A stretch of DNA of 63,797 nucleotides, the filler included, from Octopus bimaculoides (lineage: Eukaryota), in assembly GCF_001194135.2 (NCBI RefSeq). It is 7 parts of 6 records of this genome, joined end to end, with 100 filler letters (N's around TTAATTAATTAA, not from the genome) between each part and the next. Parts side by side here need not be neighbours in the genome. Positions count along the whole stretch, not along the records: positions 30,924 to 39,582 come from NC_069000.1; positions 39,683 to 54,616 come from NC_068995.1; 5 more parts are not named here. One strand, written 5' to 3'. Shown piece after piece: positions 37,873 to 51,140 of this stretch (the stretch's first letter is position 1; each line of letters starts with the position of its first letter). The translations under genes were made by a program, and so were the position numbers. Under the pieces are notes generated by a model, which saw only the letters and a list, made by a program, of their open reading frames with translations, ran no database searches and was not told where the DNA came from.

Positions 37873-38385
37873 TAATAATAATAATAATAATAATAACCAT
37901 TATTTTTATTATTGTTATTATTATTATCATTATCGTTGTTGTTGTGTCATTGTTGTTGTTGTTGTTGTAAAAATAATTGTAATAATAAAGATGAAGAAAA
38001 ATGAATAAAAGGAATGGTTATAATTGTAATAAAAATAATAATTATAAGTTAATAAATCTAATGTAATTAACCTATTATTCAAATGAAGAAATTTTGTTTG
38101 TTTCTTGTTTATACTTTTTTAACAATGTTTATGGCCTTTTCNNNNNNNNNNNNNNNNNNNNNNNNNNNNNNNNNNNNNNNNNNNNNNNNNNNNNNNNNNN
38201 NNNNNNNNNNNNNNNNNNNNNNNNNNNNNNNNNNNNNNNNNNNNNNNNNNNNNNNNNNNNNNNNNNNNNNNNNNNNNNNNNNNNNNNNNNNNNNNNNNNN
38301 NNNNNNNNNNNNNNNNNNNNNNNNNNNNNNNNNNNNNNNNNNNNNNNNNNNNNNNNNNNNNNNNNNNNNNNNNNNNNNNNNNNNN

Positions 38386-38445
<60 letters not shown>

Positions 38446-39069
38446 CACACTAACACACTAACACACAAACACATGCTCTACAAACATTAATCATTCTCAA
38501 AACATATGCACAAGCTTGGTGGATGTGCACAGAAATATATATAACAAATTGGCAGATACACATGCATACACAAACTTAGAGAAAAAGAAAGGACACATTT
38601 AGACTCTTTCAGATATGCGTTCATTCATATCTACACATTAACACATATAGGGACAGTAAATGGATGCTCAAAAACAGACATATATAGATATACCCATAAA
38701 CACACACATGTAAACCTATACAAAATTACACATACATATTCACTATCATATTCAGACATTAAAAAATAAATGCATACAGACATTGAGAAAAGCACTGGTA
38801 TAACTAACTGAAAGATCCACACATATATATACACTTGTTCATTTATGCATATACACATGCAAACACACACATGCAGTCACATACACAAATACACACGAGA
38901 AAAAGGACAAAGATGCAAACATATACTGAGAGAGTGACAGTAAGAGGGAAATGAAGTTCAGTAGAAGAAAGGGTGAGTGAGAGAGTGAAAGAGAGAAAAA
39001 GCAGAGGGAAGAAGGGAAAAATGAGAGAGTGTAAGTGAGGGAATAGTGGTAAAAATATTGAGAGAAAGA

Positions 39070-39126
<57 letters not shown>

Positions 39127-39492
39127 AGAAAGAGAGAGAGATAAGATAGAAAGAAAGGTAATAAAGCTGCTATTAATTTTGAAAAGGTAGGAAGAAGGAA
39201 ACAAATCAGTGACATTGATAAGAGACTCGAGTTGCAACAAAACATAACAAACTCACTAAATAAATGAATAATAAAAATTTCTGGATTTCAGCAAAATTAT
39301 TTGAATGGAAAATCAAATATTTTTATAATGACATGAAGTTTAATTAAAAAATTTTAAATGAAATTTACAAATAAAAGGGAATATTAATATTAGGGTGCCT
39401 AATAATTGAAGAGCTTCCCAAAGAATTGTGTGTATGCATGTGTGTGTATGCATACATACATGCATGCATATATATATGCATATACATATATA

Positions 39493-39582
<90 letters not shown>

Positions 39583-39705
39583 NNNNNNNNNNNNNNNNNN
39601 NNNNNNNNNNNNNNNNNNNNNNNNNNTTAATTAATTAANNNNNNNNNNNNNNNNNNNNNNNNNNNNNNNNNNNNNNNNNNNNATATATATATATATATAT
39701 ATATA

Positions 39706-39870
39706 TACGACGGGCTTCTTTCAGTTTCCGTCTACCAAATCCACTCACAAGGCTTTGGTTGACCCGAGGCTATAGTAAAAGACACTTGCCCAAGGTGCCA
39801 CGCAGTGGGACTGAACCCGGAGTCATGTGGTTCGTAAGCAAGCTACTTACCACACAGCCACTCCTACGCC
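39706..39870 (-). mobile_element. SINE family A head module, low divergence
   Basis: Near-identical to 46462-46625; B-box GGGTTCAGTCCC on the minus strand. Confidence 0.92.
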
Positions 39871-40527
39871 TATATATATATAATTTTAAAAACGTGCAGT
39901 AAATAAACAAGCAAACATATACTAAATACACAAACGGACAGACAACACAGAAGGTCACCAACTCTTCGTCAGTTATCGGCCAGAAGGTCAAACGCAATTT
40001 CTCCTATTATCGATGATATTGCTTCCACTCTGGAGGCACCGACAAGAAACTTTCCGGGATTGGGATCTAAGCATAACAAAACGAAACGGGCTAGAGACGA
40101 GACTGTTAGTAGATGGACGGGGTACAAAACAATTATAGAATAAAGGCTTAGGGTCACACGAAGGCAACAATTAATAATGATAATACATATACAGTGTAAA
40201 ACCTTGGAGCTACAAGACAAGACAAAAATGGGTAACGCGGAGAAGTGAAAACTGTCCTAAAGGACTATATTCGGGAGGAGTAGAGCGAGGAGCTCAGAAA
40301 ATCGTGTCCAGTATGGTCGAAGGTAACGCGGAAAAGAATGACACCACCTTAGGTCGTCACAAGTCACGTGATAGTGGGAGGAGGGTAATAGAGAAAGACA
40401 GAGAGAGAGAGAGAGAAAAAAAGAAATTAAGAGAAGCAAAGTAAAGGAGAGACAGAGTGGCACAAAAATATTCCCAGAAAATTTCTACAAATCTGTGTGT
40501 GCGTGTGCGTATTGTGTGTGCGTGTGT

Positions 40528-40566
<39 letters not shown>

Positions 40567-40589
40567 TGTGTGTCTTTGTTTTTCTGTGT

Positions 40590-40795
40590 GTCTCCTACCA
40601 CCGCTTGTCAACCGGTGCTGGTGTATTTATGTCCCTGTAGTTATGTGGTTCGGAAAAAGTGATTGATAGTACAAGTACCAGACTTTAAAAAATGTAATAA
40701 GTACTGGGGTTAATTCATTCAAGTAAAATTTCTTCAAGGCGGTGCTCCAGCATGGCCACAGTCTAATGGCTGAAATAAGTAAAAGTAAAAGGTAG
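40590..40795 (+). mobile_element. SINE family A tail module, preceded by (TG)n
   Basis: CCGCTTGTCAACCGGTGCTGGTGT ... CAAGGCGGTGCTCCAGCATGGCCACAGTC. Confidence 0.8.
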
Positions 40796-40990
40796 AAAAG
40801 AATATATATATATATATGCATGCACGCGCACACACGCACACACACATACACACACACACATAGATAAGTGTCTATTCATGTGTTTACCCTGCGTTCGTTT
40901 ACCATCTTTCGAAACGAAACTAATTTCAATTTTGTCATATATTGTATCATATATACTCGTATTTGCCTTTCTTTTCCGAACTCGTTACAC

Positions 40991-41050
<60 letters not shown>

Positions 41051-41603
41051 CAGTAGTAGTAGTATAGTAGTAGTAGTAGCAGCAGCAGTAAAATCGTTAA
41101 AAAGAGTACAGTTAACTTGCCGTGAGGAGGAGTGAAAAATCGAATGCTTCGGACAGTGTCCTTTTTCAAAGAAAAGTTGAAACTGAATAAATGAGTGATA
41201 GTAGTTTTACATCCTCCAGGTTAAAAAGAGACAACCTGGCAACTACTGTATGTATACGTGTGTATGTGAATGTGTGTGCGTGCGTGTGTGTGCGTACGTG
41301 TGCGTGTGTGTGTGCGTGCGTGTTTGCGCGCGCGAGCACTCATGTAACAGCCGGTGCTTTTAACTCAGAGGATGTAAAGCTGTACTATCTCTCGTTTATT
41401 TTCTCATTTCGACTTTTCCCTGAAGAAAGACGCTATCCGTAACGTTGTTGGATAGTTTATCGTTCTCTTATTGGTAGGATCAACAAAGAGAGTATTCCAT
41501 CCCGTGAGAGATAAATTTTATTTAATGTACAGTATTTAAGTAAGAGCTACTGATAGTTTCATGTCATAGAGACATGATAATCTGGCAGATTTATATAATG
41601 TAC

Positions 41604-41671
41604 CTTGTCTCCAAGCAACCTTTTAGGCTCAGTGCACATGGTTAGCTCTATTTGAAAACCAGCACTCTGAT
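41604..41671 (-). CDS. Candidate internal exon of an unidentified host gene (DQSAGFQIELTMCTEPKRLLGDK)
   Basis: Long polypyrimidine tract + TTTTCTCACAG acceptor, 68 nt open in one frame only, AAG|GTACAT donor; peptide not recognised. Confidence 0.35.
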
Positions 41672-42217
41672 CTGTGAGAAAACACGAGAAGACAAAAAGA
41701 ACGAGATAAAACGAATATGTTGAGGCAAAAGCAGAACGAAAAGGCAAAGGGTGAAAAAAAAACAAGAAAGAACGGAGAGAAAAGAAAAGAAAGAAGACTA
41801 AGAGTTGCATCCCCAGGGTGTGCAGAAATCATAGAAACCAGTTAGATTAATAATGATTTGTATAGCTGAAACAACTCATTCTTTTTTAATCTAAAAACTG
41901 CACCGATATTTTGAAATAGAGTTCGGAAACTTTCACCAATGGCAAGCGTCTTATCAAGTTTAGATACACCGCCTTCTCTGCATCAGGAATACTTTCTCCG
42001 TCAAATTAAATCAACCATCCATCTTTAATTCCCATTGTAACAGATCAAATGGATACAACTCTTATATCCTCCTCAAAGCTTTCCCAAAGTGTATAAATTA
42101 GTTATTGTCATTTATACACACCTGCGAGCTATTTCAACACCACCGACTGTTTAATCGGTACTAAATTATATCGGTTTGATTAAATTTGGTCTAGCATACG
42201 GTTTTGAGTGTCTGCTG

Positions 42218-42256
42218 CTGATGATGCGAAATCACGCTGAAATCACGTGATACAAA
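42218..42256 (+). ncRNA. Hammerhead-like motif
   Basis: CTGATGA-T-GCG..CGC-T-GAAA with palindromic stem III ATCACGTGAT; stem I only 2 bp. Confidence 0.3.
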
Positions 42257-42322
42257 AGTCCCAGAAAAACCGGTACTGACGAAATTCATCTGCCAATATA
42301 ATCGTGCTTTTTATCACTATAG

Positions 42323-43580
42323 GTATATACGCTGACGATTGTGATCTCGTCAATCATTCAGAAATAGGTCTGCAATCTCTTGTATCTGCATTTGACTCAG
42401 CTTGTGATGATTGGGGCTTGACCATCAACTTGACAAAAAATAACAATTGTAATGTATCAACCTGCATGTGGTGCTGTTTGTAACCCTACTAGAATTTTTG
42501 ATAAGGGAAAGTTACTTGAGATTGTTGATTCGTTCATCTACCTTGGAAGCTCTGTACAAAATGATGGAAATCTGGATAGAGAAATACATCTGCGAATTCA
42601 AAGGGCAGCACAAGCATTTGGTGGCTTGGAGTCATGCGTTTGGCGCCAGCGTCATATAAATAACAATACAAAGTTAGCTCTTTACAAGTCATTTGTCTTA
42701 CCACCCCTGTTGTATTCTTGTGAAACATGGACATGCTATGAAAGACATTTTAAATTGTTAGAACAATTCCACGAAAAATTCTTTCATCGCATTTTAAACA
42801 TTAAATGGAGTCCTTTTACTCCAAACACAGATGTCCTTGCATCTGCTGGCATCACCTTAATTAAAGCTATGATTTTGAAAAACCAAATGAGATGGTGTGG
42901 CCATATTGTTCGAATGGCGGATGAACGCACGTCCAAACAGCTGTTTTATGGTGAGTTTGCAGAGGGGAAATGTTATCGGCGTAAACATTAACAAAAGGTT
43001 TAAAGACTGCATAAGGACTATTATGAAGTCACTTGAAATGGATCCAGAGTACATAGAAACCCTTACCATCGAGCTGGATGGCGAACAAAAGTGTGGAGTG
43101 GAGTGAAAGCGTTTGAAGAGGCCAGGATAACGCATGCAAGACTCAAGAGAGATATAAGGAAGAATGTTACGATCGAGAAGGTGAATCACAATGACCTTTT
43201 TGTGTGCACAGTTTGTGACTGACCATACCTTTCTTTTGCTAGGCTCAAATCTCATTTGCGAACCCATGAAAAACGAACTTCCACCAACTATTTTGCCTTC
43301 ATGTGTGTGCTCACCTTTCAATGCAATGTATACCAGAAGGTTTGCAAATCTAACGGAGGCCTCAATAGACATTTTAAGATCCACAAAAATCAGAACTTAT
43401 CTGCTGCTCTCGGTGGTCCAAATCGGATATGCAATCTAGTGGGTATCTTTTCAAAACATTGTCTGGTTAAAAAGCCACATCAGATGCCATGTTGGTTCTA
43501 AGGTTATGTACAGAAGGTGGTCAAACTCTGTATAAGGAGTAGACAATCCCCATATGTATGTATGTATGTATGTATGTATA
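42323..43580 (+). mobile_element. RTE-clade LINE, 5'-truncated (RT motif 5 to 3' end), three C-terminal C2H2 fingers, (TGTA)n tail
   Basis: YADDC, GLTIN, FIYLGS, LLYSCETW, MRWCGHIVRM, KQLFYGE, KRFKD; fingers CTVCD..SHLRTH, CNVYQKVC..RHFKIH, CNL..KSHIRCH; frameshifts. Confidence 0.92.
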
Positions 43581-43724
43581 CATGTATGTACGTATGTATA
43601 TATACATGTATGCATGTACCTTTGAGTGACTGGAGAAACGAAAGAAAAAGGCATTCAATACATTTGACAGGAGTTTCATGTATTATTATTATTTAAACCA
43701 GTTTGATTCGACACCAAGCGACTT

Positions 43725-43764
43725 AATGTTTCGCGGGCTTCTAACAGAAACCTGTCTCTTTCAG
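43725..43764 (-). ncRNA. Degenerate hammerhead-like motif with long stem II
   Basis: Minus strand CTGAAAGAG-ACAGGTTTCT-GTT-AGAAGCCCGC-GAAACATT. Confidence 0.25.
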
Positions 43765-43849
43765 GCATAAATTAACGATACCGGTTTATGCTAGGGCTCC
43801 GCGAAACTTAAATCATATAGGGCCGAATCAAACTGTTTTAAATAATACT

Positions 43850-43882
<33 letters not shown>

Positions 43883-43897
43883 AATAATAATAACAAT

Positions 43898-44074
43898 AAT
43901 CCTTTCTACTATAAGCACAAGGCCTGGATTTTTGTGGTGGAGGGAACAATCGATCACATCGACCCCAGTACGCAACTGGTATTTAATTTATCGATCACGA
44001 TAGGATGAAAGGCAAAGTCGACCTTGGCGAAATTTGAACTCAGAACATAGCGAGAGACGAAATACCGCCAAGCA
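43898..44074 (-). mobile_element. SINE family B, head in gap
   Basis: Same body as 19551; (AAC)n/(AAT)n tail at 43850-43900. Confidence 0.9.
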
Positions 44075-44345
44075 NNNNNNNNNNNNNNNNNNNNNNNNNN
44101 NNNNNNNNNNNNNNNNNNNNNNNNNNNNNNNNNNNNNNNNNNNNNNNNNNNNNNNNNNNNNNNNNNNNNNNNNNNNNNNNNNNNNNNNNNNNNNNNNNNN
44201 NNNNNNNNNNNNNNNNNNNNNNNNNNNNNNNNNNNNNNNNNNNNNNNNNNNNNNNNNNNNNNNNNNNNNNNNNNNNNNNNNNNNNNNNNNNNNNNNNNNN
44301 NNNNNNNNNNNNNNNNNNAGAAGAAGAAGAAGAAGAAGAAGAAGA

Positions 44346-44715
44346 AGAGCACACAGAGAGCGCAAACCTCCACCAAGGCAACACCAACGTCTTCTCAACG
44401 ATTAGTCAGCAGAGATTATTTTTAAAATGAGAATATCTGAAATAAACTCGACTGCTCTCACAAACGAGAATACTAAAAATGAACCCAACCGCTCTCAAGA
44501 ATTAAGTAAAAAAAAAAAACCGGAAAAATAATCCAGAATCTTTGTCCGGTACCAGATCGATCCCAAAATCTAATCAGTTCGTGCCAGTCACAAGGCCAAA
44601 CATCCCTGAAAGTTTCATCCGAATCCATCCAGCGGTTCTTGAGATATCTTGGCCACGGACAAACAAACACGACTGAAAACAATACCTCCGCCTTGGCGAA
44701 GACAGAGGTTATAAT
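44346..44715 (-). mobile_element. Helentron-associated non-autonomous element (DINE-1/HINE-like), apparently full length
   Basis: 5' hairpin/subTIR (ACCTCTGTCTTCGCCAAGGCGGAGGT), GTTT tract, 3' subTIR GCCTTGGTGGAGGT and terminal short hairpin GCGCTCTCTGTGTGC. Confidence 0.7.
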
Positions 44716-45431
44716 GATGATAATAACAACAATAACACGCTCGCACGCACCGACGAAGTTATCGAAACAAGCTGAAAATACCGTTTACAAATGGATCCAA
44801 AGTTTTCTACACTTGTTCACCTTTCACGTACCTGGGCAGCGATACCTTTCTATCCAGCGTTTATGTACTTACATGCACTTTTTTCTTTATATGCGCATGT
44901 GCAAGTGTGTCGATGTACTGAATACACTTTGAGAACATTTTTATTGTTTGTGAGCGGGTTTCACTGTTAGCTCATATTTTGGCGTATGGATACATCATCA
45001 CAGCACGCGTAAATACACTCAATTTCATATCGGAAGAGAGTAAGAAACACACATAGATACATATGCTTATACACACACACACATACGTATATATACATAT
45101 ATACATATACTATACATATACTATATATATATAATACACGCGCGCACACACACACGCACACATATAATATTATAAAGCAAAGTAGGGTTGATCGTGAAAG
45201 TCTTCAAAGCCGACACATTCTAATGAATTAAATTAGTGGCCTTTGAAGTAAATACTTAGATAGTATGGTGAAACATCATCATAATGAGAGTTAATGAGTC
45301 ACACTAACGAATCACAGTAACAAGTCACGGTCTGTTCACACGAATAACTGTTAGATAATTTTGTCTGTTTATTAACCTCTAGTTTAGCAGGGTATTAGAG
45401 AAATGATGTGCGTGCGTATATAGGTGACGAT

Positions 45432-45462
<31 letters not shown>

Positions 45463-46461
45463 NNNNNNNNNNNNNNNNNNNNNNNNNNNNNNNNNNNNNN
45501 NNNNNNNNNNNNNNNNNNNNNNNNNNNNNNNNNNNNNNNNNNNNNNNNNNNNNNNNNNNNNNNNNNNNNNNNNNNNNNNNNNNNNNNNNNNNNNNNNNNN
45601 NNNNNNNNNNNNNNNNNNNNNNNNNNNNNNNNNNNNNNNNNNNNNNNNNNNNNNNNNNNNNNNNNNNNNNNNNNNNNNNNNNNNNNNNNNNNNNNNNNNN
45701 NNNNNNNNNNNNNNNNNNNNNNNNNNNNNNNNNNNNNNNNNNNNNNNNNNNNNNNNNNNNNNNNNNNNNNNNNNNNNNNNNNNNNNNNNNNNNNNNNNNN
45801 NNNNNNNNNNNNNNNNNNNNNNNNNNNNNNNNNNNNNNNNNNNNNNNNNNNNNNNNNNNNNNNNNNNNNNNNNNNNNNNNNNNNNNNNNNNNNNNNNNNN
45901 NNNNNNNNNNNNNNNNNNNNNNNNNNNNNNNNNNNNNNNNNNNNNNNNNNNNNNNNNNNNNNNNNNNNNNNNNNNNNNNNNNNNNNNNNNNNNNNNNNNN
46001 NNNNNNNNNNNNNNNNNNNNNNNNNNNNNNNNNNNNNNNNNNNNNNNNNNNNNNNNNNNNNNNNNNNNNNNNNNNNNNNNNNNNNNNNNNNNNNNNNNNN
46101 NNNNNNNNNNNNNNNNNNNNNNNNNNNNNNNNNNNNNNNNNNNNNNNNNNNNNNNNNNNNNNNNNNNNNNNNNNNNNNNNNNNNNNNNNNNNNNNNNNNN
46201 NNNNNNNNNNNNNNNNNNNNNNNNNNNNNNNNNNNNNNNNNNNNNNNNNNNNNNNNNNNNNNNNNNNNNNNNNNNNNNNNNNNNNNNNNNNNNNNNNNNN
46301 NNNNNNNNNNNNNNNNNNNNNNNNNNNNNNNNNNNNNNNNNNNNNNNNNNNNNNNNNNNNNNNNNNNNNNNNNNNNNNNNNNNNNNNNNNNNNNNNNNNN
46401 NNNNNNNNNNNNNNNNNNNNNNNNNNNNNNNNNNNNNNNNNNNNNNNNNNNNNATATATAT

Positions 46462-46625
46462 ACGACAGGCTTCTTTCAGTTTCCGTCTACCAAATCCACT
46501 CACAAGGCTTTGGTCGGCCCGAGGCTATAGTAGAAGACATTTGCCTAAGGTGCCACGCAGTGAGACTGAACCGGGAACCATGTGGTTGGTAAGCAAGCTA
46601 CTTACCACACAGCCACTCCTGCGCC
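46462..46625 (-). mobile_element. SINE family A head module, low divergence
   Basis: Minus strand GGCGCAGGAGTGGCTGTGTGGTAAG...GGTTCAGTCTCAC. Confidence 0.92.
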
Positions 46626-46800
46626 TGTATGTATATATTATTTTAAAGATGTCTCCACGAATAAATTACTCAATACATATTGGAGAATGAAATACATTTA
46701 AGGATGCAATACATTAGTAATAAAAACCTTTCACTTAAAGATCGTGACATTGGAATAAAAGATTGTGTATTCATCGTCTGTCTCTTGGACATAAAACTTC

Positions 46801-47083
46801 GGTTGGATAATTCACCTCTGGAAACATGGGTATTTCGTTCAACATCCTTAAACAACCCTTATTCAGGGACCTTTTGAGAAGGATGGGCTACTCGATCTGA
46901 AGAAAATTCTAACTCAGCCCCACCTGCAAGGTCATGCACTATATATCTTTATATGAGATCACTGTGTCGCGCACATATGGTTGTGATGCATGTGCCTGGT
47001 GTAACCCTTATCAGACGGGTAGTCATGATGGGTATACATTTGTACCTCAGTGTCACTTGATGGCATGCGCTACTCTCTCACTA

Positions 47084-47085
<2 letters not shown>
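46801..47085 (+). mobile_element. 5'-truncated copy of the 8981-9515 element, ending in (TAA)n
   Basis: AACATCCTTAAACAACCCTTATTCAGGGACC, TTATCAGACGGGTAGTC, CTCTCTCACTAAATAATAAT shared with the other copy. Confidence 0.8.
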
Positions 47086-47124
<39 letters not shown>

Positions 47125-47126
47125 TA

Positions 47127-47167
<41 letters not shown>

Positions 47168-47183
47168 ATTGATGATGATATTG

Positions 47184-47234
<51 letters not shown>

Positions 47235-47237
<3 letters not shown>

Positions 47238-48955
47238 TAAATCGTCTGTTACATATGATGACTTAAAGACCTTTGGGAAGACCGAACGTGAAATAAATGG
47301 CCTAGTTTCAGTACTGATATTCAGTAAGAAAATCGGAATGGAATTTGAGACTAAAAAGTGTGGCATGTTTGTAATACGAAAAGGACAAATAGTGTCGTCT
47401 GATAGCGTCATCAAGTAGTGTCGTCTGATACCCAACGGTGAGAAAATCAAGGATATTGATACTAATAGATATAGGTATCCGGGTATTTTGGAATATGACA
47501 AAATCAAGGAAAGTGAAATGAAGGAAAGCTTTAGACGAGAATATCTCAGAAGAACCAAATTAATTATGGGAAGCAGCTTCAACGGAAAAACAAGATCAGA
47601 GTAATGAACACATGGACTGTTTTCTTAATGTGATATGATGAAGGTTTTGTTAGGTGGACAAAAAACGAGCGCGAGGAAATGGACAGGGAAACCGGAAAAG
47701 TGATGACAATTAACAAGGAACCTCAACCCCCAAAGCGATACTGACAAGCTGTATGTGCCTAGGAACAGGAGAATAAAAGGCCTCATAGGATGCAATATCT
47801 GTGTTGTCAATGAGAACAGTCTGGGATGGTACATCAAACAGCAGAATGAATCCTTGCTTGCCACTGTTAGAATTAATAATATAATACCTACCGAAAATGT
47901 GGAGCACCTACAAACATTAAAGAAGAAGAAGAAGAAGAAGAAGAAGAAGAAGAAGAAGAAGAAGAAGAAGAAGAAGAAGAAGAAGAAGAAGAAGAAGAAG
48001 AAGAAGAAGAAGAAGAAGAAGAAGAAGAAGAAGAAGAAGAAGAAGAAGAAGAAACAATTGGAAAATGAAATCACTGCATGGGGAATACCTCAGAGAAATC
48101 GAAGGAAAAGACAAGACCAACACTTGGCTAAGAAAGAGTGATCTGAAAGGATGCCCTGAGGCATTGATATGCAGCGCTCAGGAACAAGCTCTGAGAACTA
48201 ATTACACCATGTTCCCAACAGATAAGAGCAACGAATCGCCCCTTTGTAGGGTGTGTGGCAGCGAAATCGAAACAATCTCACATATTGTAAGTGTAGCAAG
48301 CTGGCATAAAAGCACTACAAAAGGGTACACGATAACGCGGCTAAGTTTGTCCACTGGAGGCTATGTGAAAATTACGGCCTGGCCAGAGCACGGAAATGGT
48401 ACGAATATGAACCAGAAGGGGTCACCTAGAACAAGGAATATAAGATATTGTGGGATTTTATAATCCAATGTGACTCCCTAATCGATGCTCGGAGATTAGA
48501 TATTGTTTTGGTAGATAAAAGAAAAAAGGATACCAAGATCATAGATATTGCAATAACTAGAGATGCACCATAAGTGACAAAGAACTAGAAAAGATTGAAA
48601 AATACAGACTACTAAAAGATGAAATTGTAAGAGTGTGGACTATGAGGAGAGTGTATGTCATCCCAGTAGTTGTAGGAGCACTCGGAGCTCTAACAACCAA
48701 GTTCGAAAGATATGTCAGTGAAATTGCAATTGACATGAAAGCAGAGCAAGCCCCAAAACTGTTCTGCTGGAGGCAGCTAGGATTTTGAGATTGGTAGTTG
48801 GATGTTGAATGTCTTCCACGATAATTAACAACCAAGAATCAAAGCTTATAATGAGCGAAAAGAGACCTTGTGAAACTTCTGACTACAGGTTGCTGTCCGC
48901 TCTCACAGAATCAACCAGAACAAACAATAGCAAGCGCTCTTAGAAGTAAAAAGAA
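47235..48955 (+). mobile_element. R4/Dong-clade LINE fragment from RT motif 5 to 3'UTR, decayed, internal (AAG)n expansion
   Basis: LNRLL..DLK (YMDD region), IGMEFETKKCG, KSLHGEYL, SAQEQALRTN, CRVCGSEIETISHIVS, ILWDF, IIDIA, KELEKIEKY, VVVGALG. Confidence 0.9.
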
Positions 48956-49013
48956 TAATAAAAAAACATGATGATGACGATGATGATGATGATGATGATG
49001 ATAATAATAATAA

Positions 49014-49630
49014 TGTCGGCATTATAAAATCAAAATCGCTGACAAATGGTATAAACACCATCCTGAAGCTATGACTGAGGGAGAAAGTGTGTCGATTCTC
49101 TGGAACTTCCCCGTACATACCGACAAAACTATAAACGCTAATAACCCAGATATTATTATAAAAGATCAGACAAAAAATATGTGCTTATTAATTGGCATGA
49201 GTATTCCTTGCGATCATAATATAGCGGCGAAAGAATTTGACAAGATCAGTAAATATAAAGATTTGCTAATAGAAATTGAAAATATGTGGCATCTCAAGAC
49301 GACTACCGTACCAGTGATTGTAGGATCTCTAGGAATGATAAAAAAAAAAGGTACTGAAACCTATTTGAAAATGATACCAGGCTTACCATCCCTACAGGAA
49401 GTGCAAAAAATCGTTGTAACTGGAACGACTCATGTACTGAGAAGAGCATTATCGCTGTGAAAACAACATCAATTCATGAATTTATTTATTTATTTATTTT
49501 ACATACATATTTTACCTGTGAATTTGCGTGTGTAAACTGGGAATGCATACAATGAGCTTCTCTGCAATAGGTGTATGGCAAACACTCGGCGAGAAATAGA
49601 AGAAAATTTGAAGAAAGAAGAAAAAAATGT
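49014..49630 (+). mobile_element. R4/Dong-clade LINE 3' fragment (RLE domain open), 3'UTR, (TAA)n tail
   Basis: ORF 49071-49460: ILWNFPVHTDKTINANNPDIII, IGMSIP, KISKYKDL, VIVGSLG, LRRALSL. Confidence 0.9.
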
Positions 49631-49646
49631 AATAATAATAATAATA

Positions 49647-49682
<36 letters not shown>

Positions 49683-49685
49683 ATA

Positions 49686-50865
<1,180 letters not shown>

Positions 50866-50869
50866 CAGC

Positions 50870-51122
50870 TTTTGCCAAACGACCTGCACAAATAATTTGT
50901 TTATAGTGATCAAATGTTCGTGCTGCTCATTAGCTCACTCTCTCCATCAAATTGACGTTGTCTGAACAGGTGCACGGTGTTCCTCGCGTCAGGTGTCGAA
51001 ATTATCGCAGAGCAACGTGAAGTGTTTTGCTCAAGAACACCACGCACTACCTGGTCTAAGAATTGAAACCATGATCACGCGATCATGAGTACAACACCTT
51101 AACCACTAGGCCACGCGTCCTC
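50870..51122 (-). mobile_element. tRNA-derived SINE family E
   Basis: Minus strand GCGTGGCCTAGTGGTTAAGG (A-box), GGTTTCAATTC (B-box), TTCTTGAGCAAAACACTT. Confidence 0.75.
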
Positions 51123-51140
51123 ACATAATGATGATAAGAA

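Noticed and set aside
47390-47430. 15-bp duplication TAGTGTCGTCTGATA as a TSD
   Set aside because: Only 11 nt lie between the copies; a local slippage or repair duplication inside a dead LINE.
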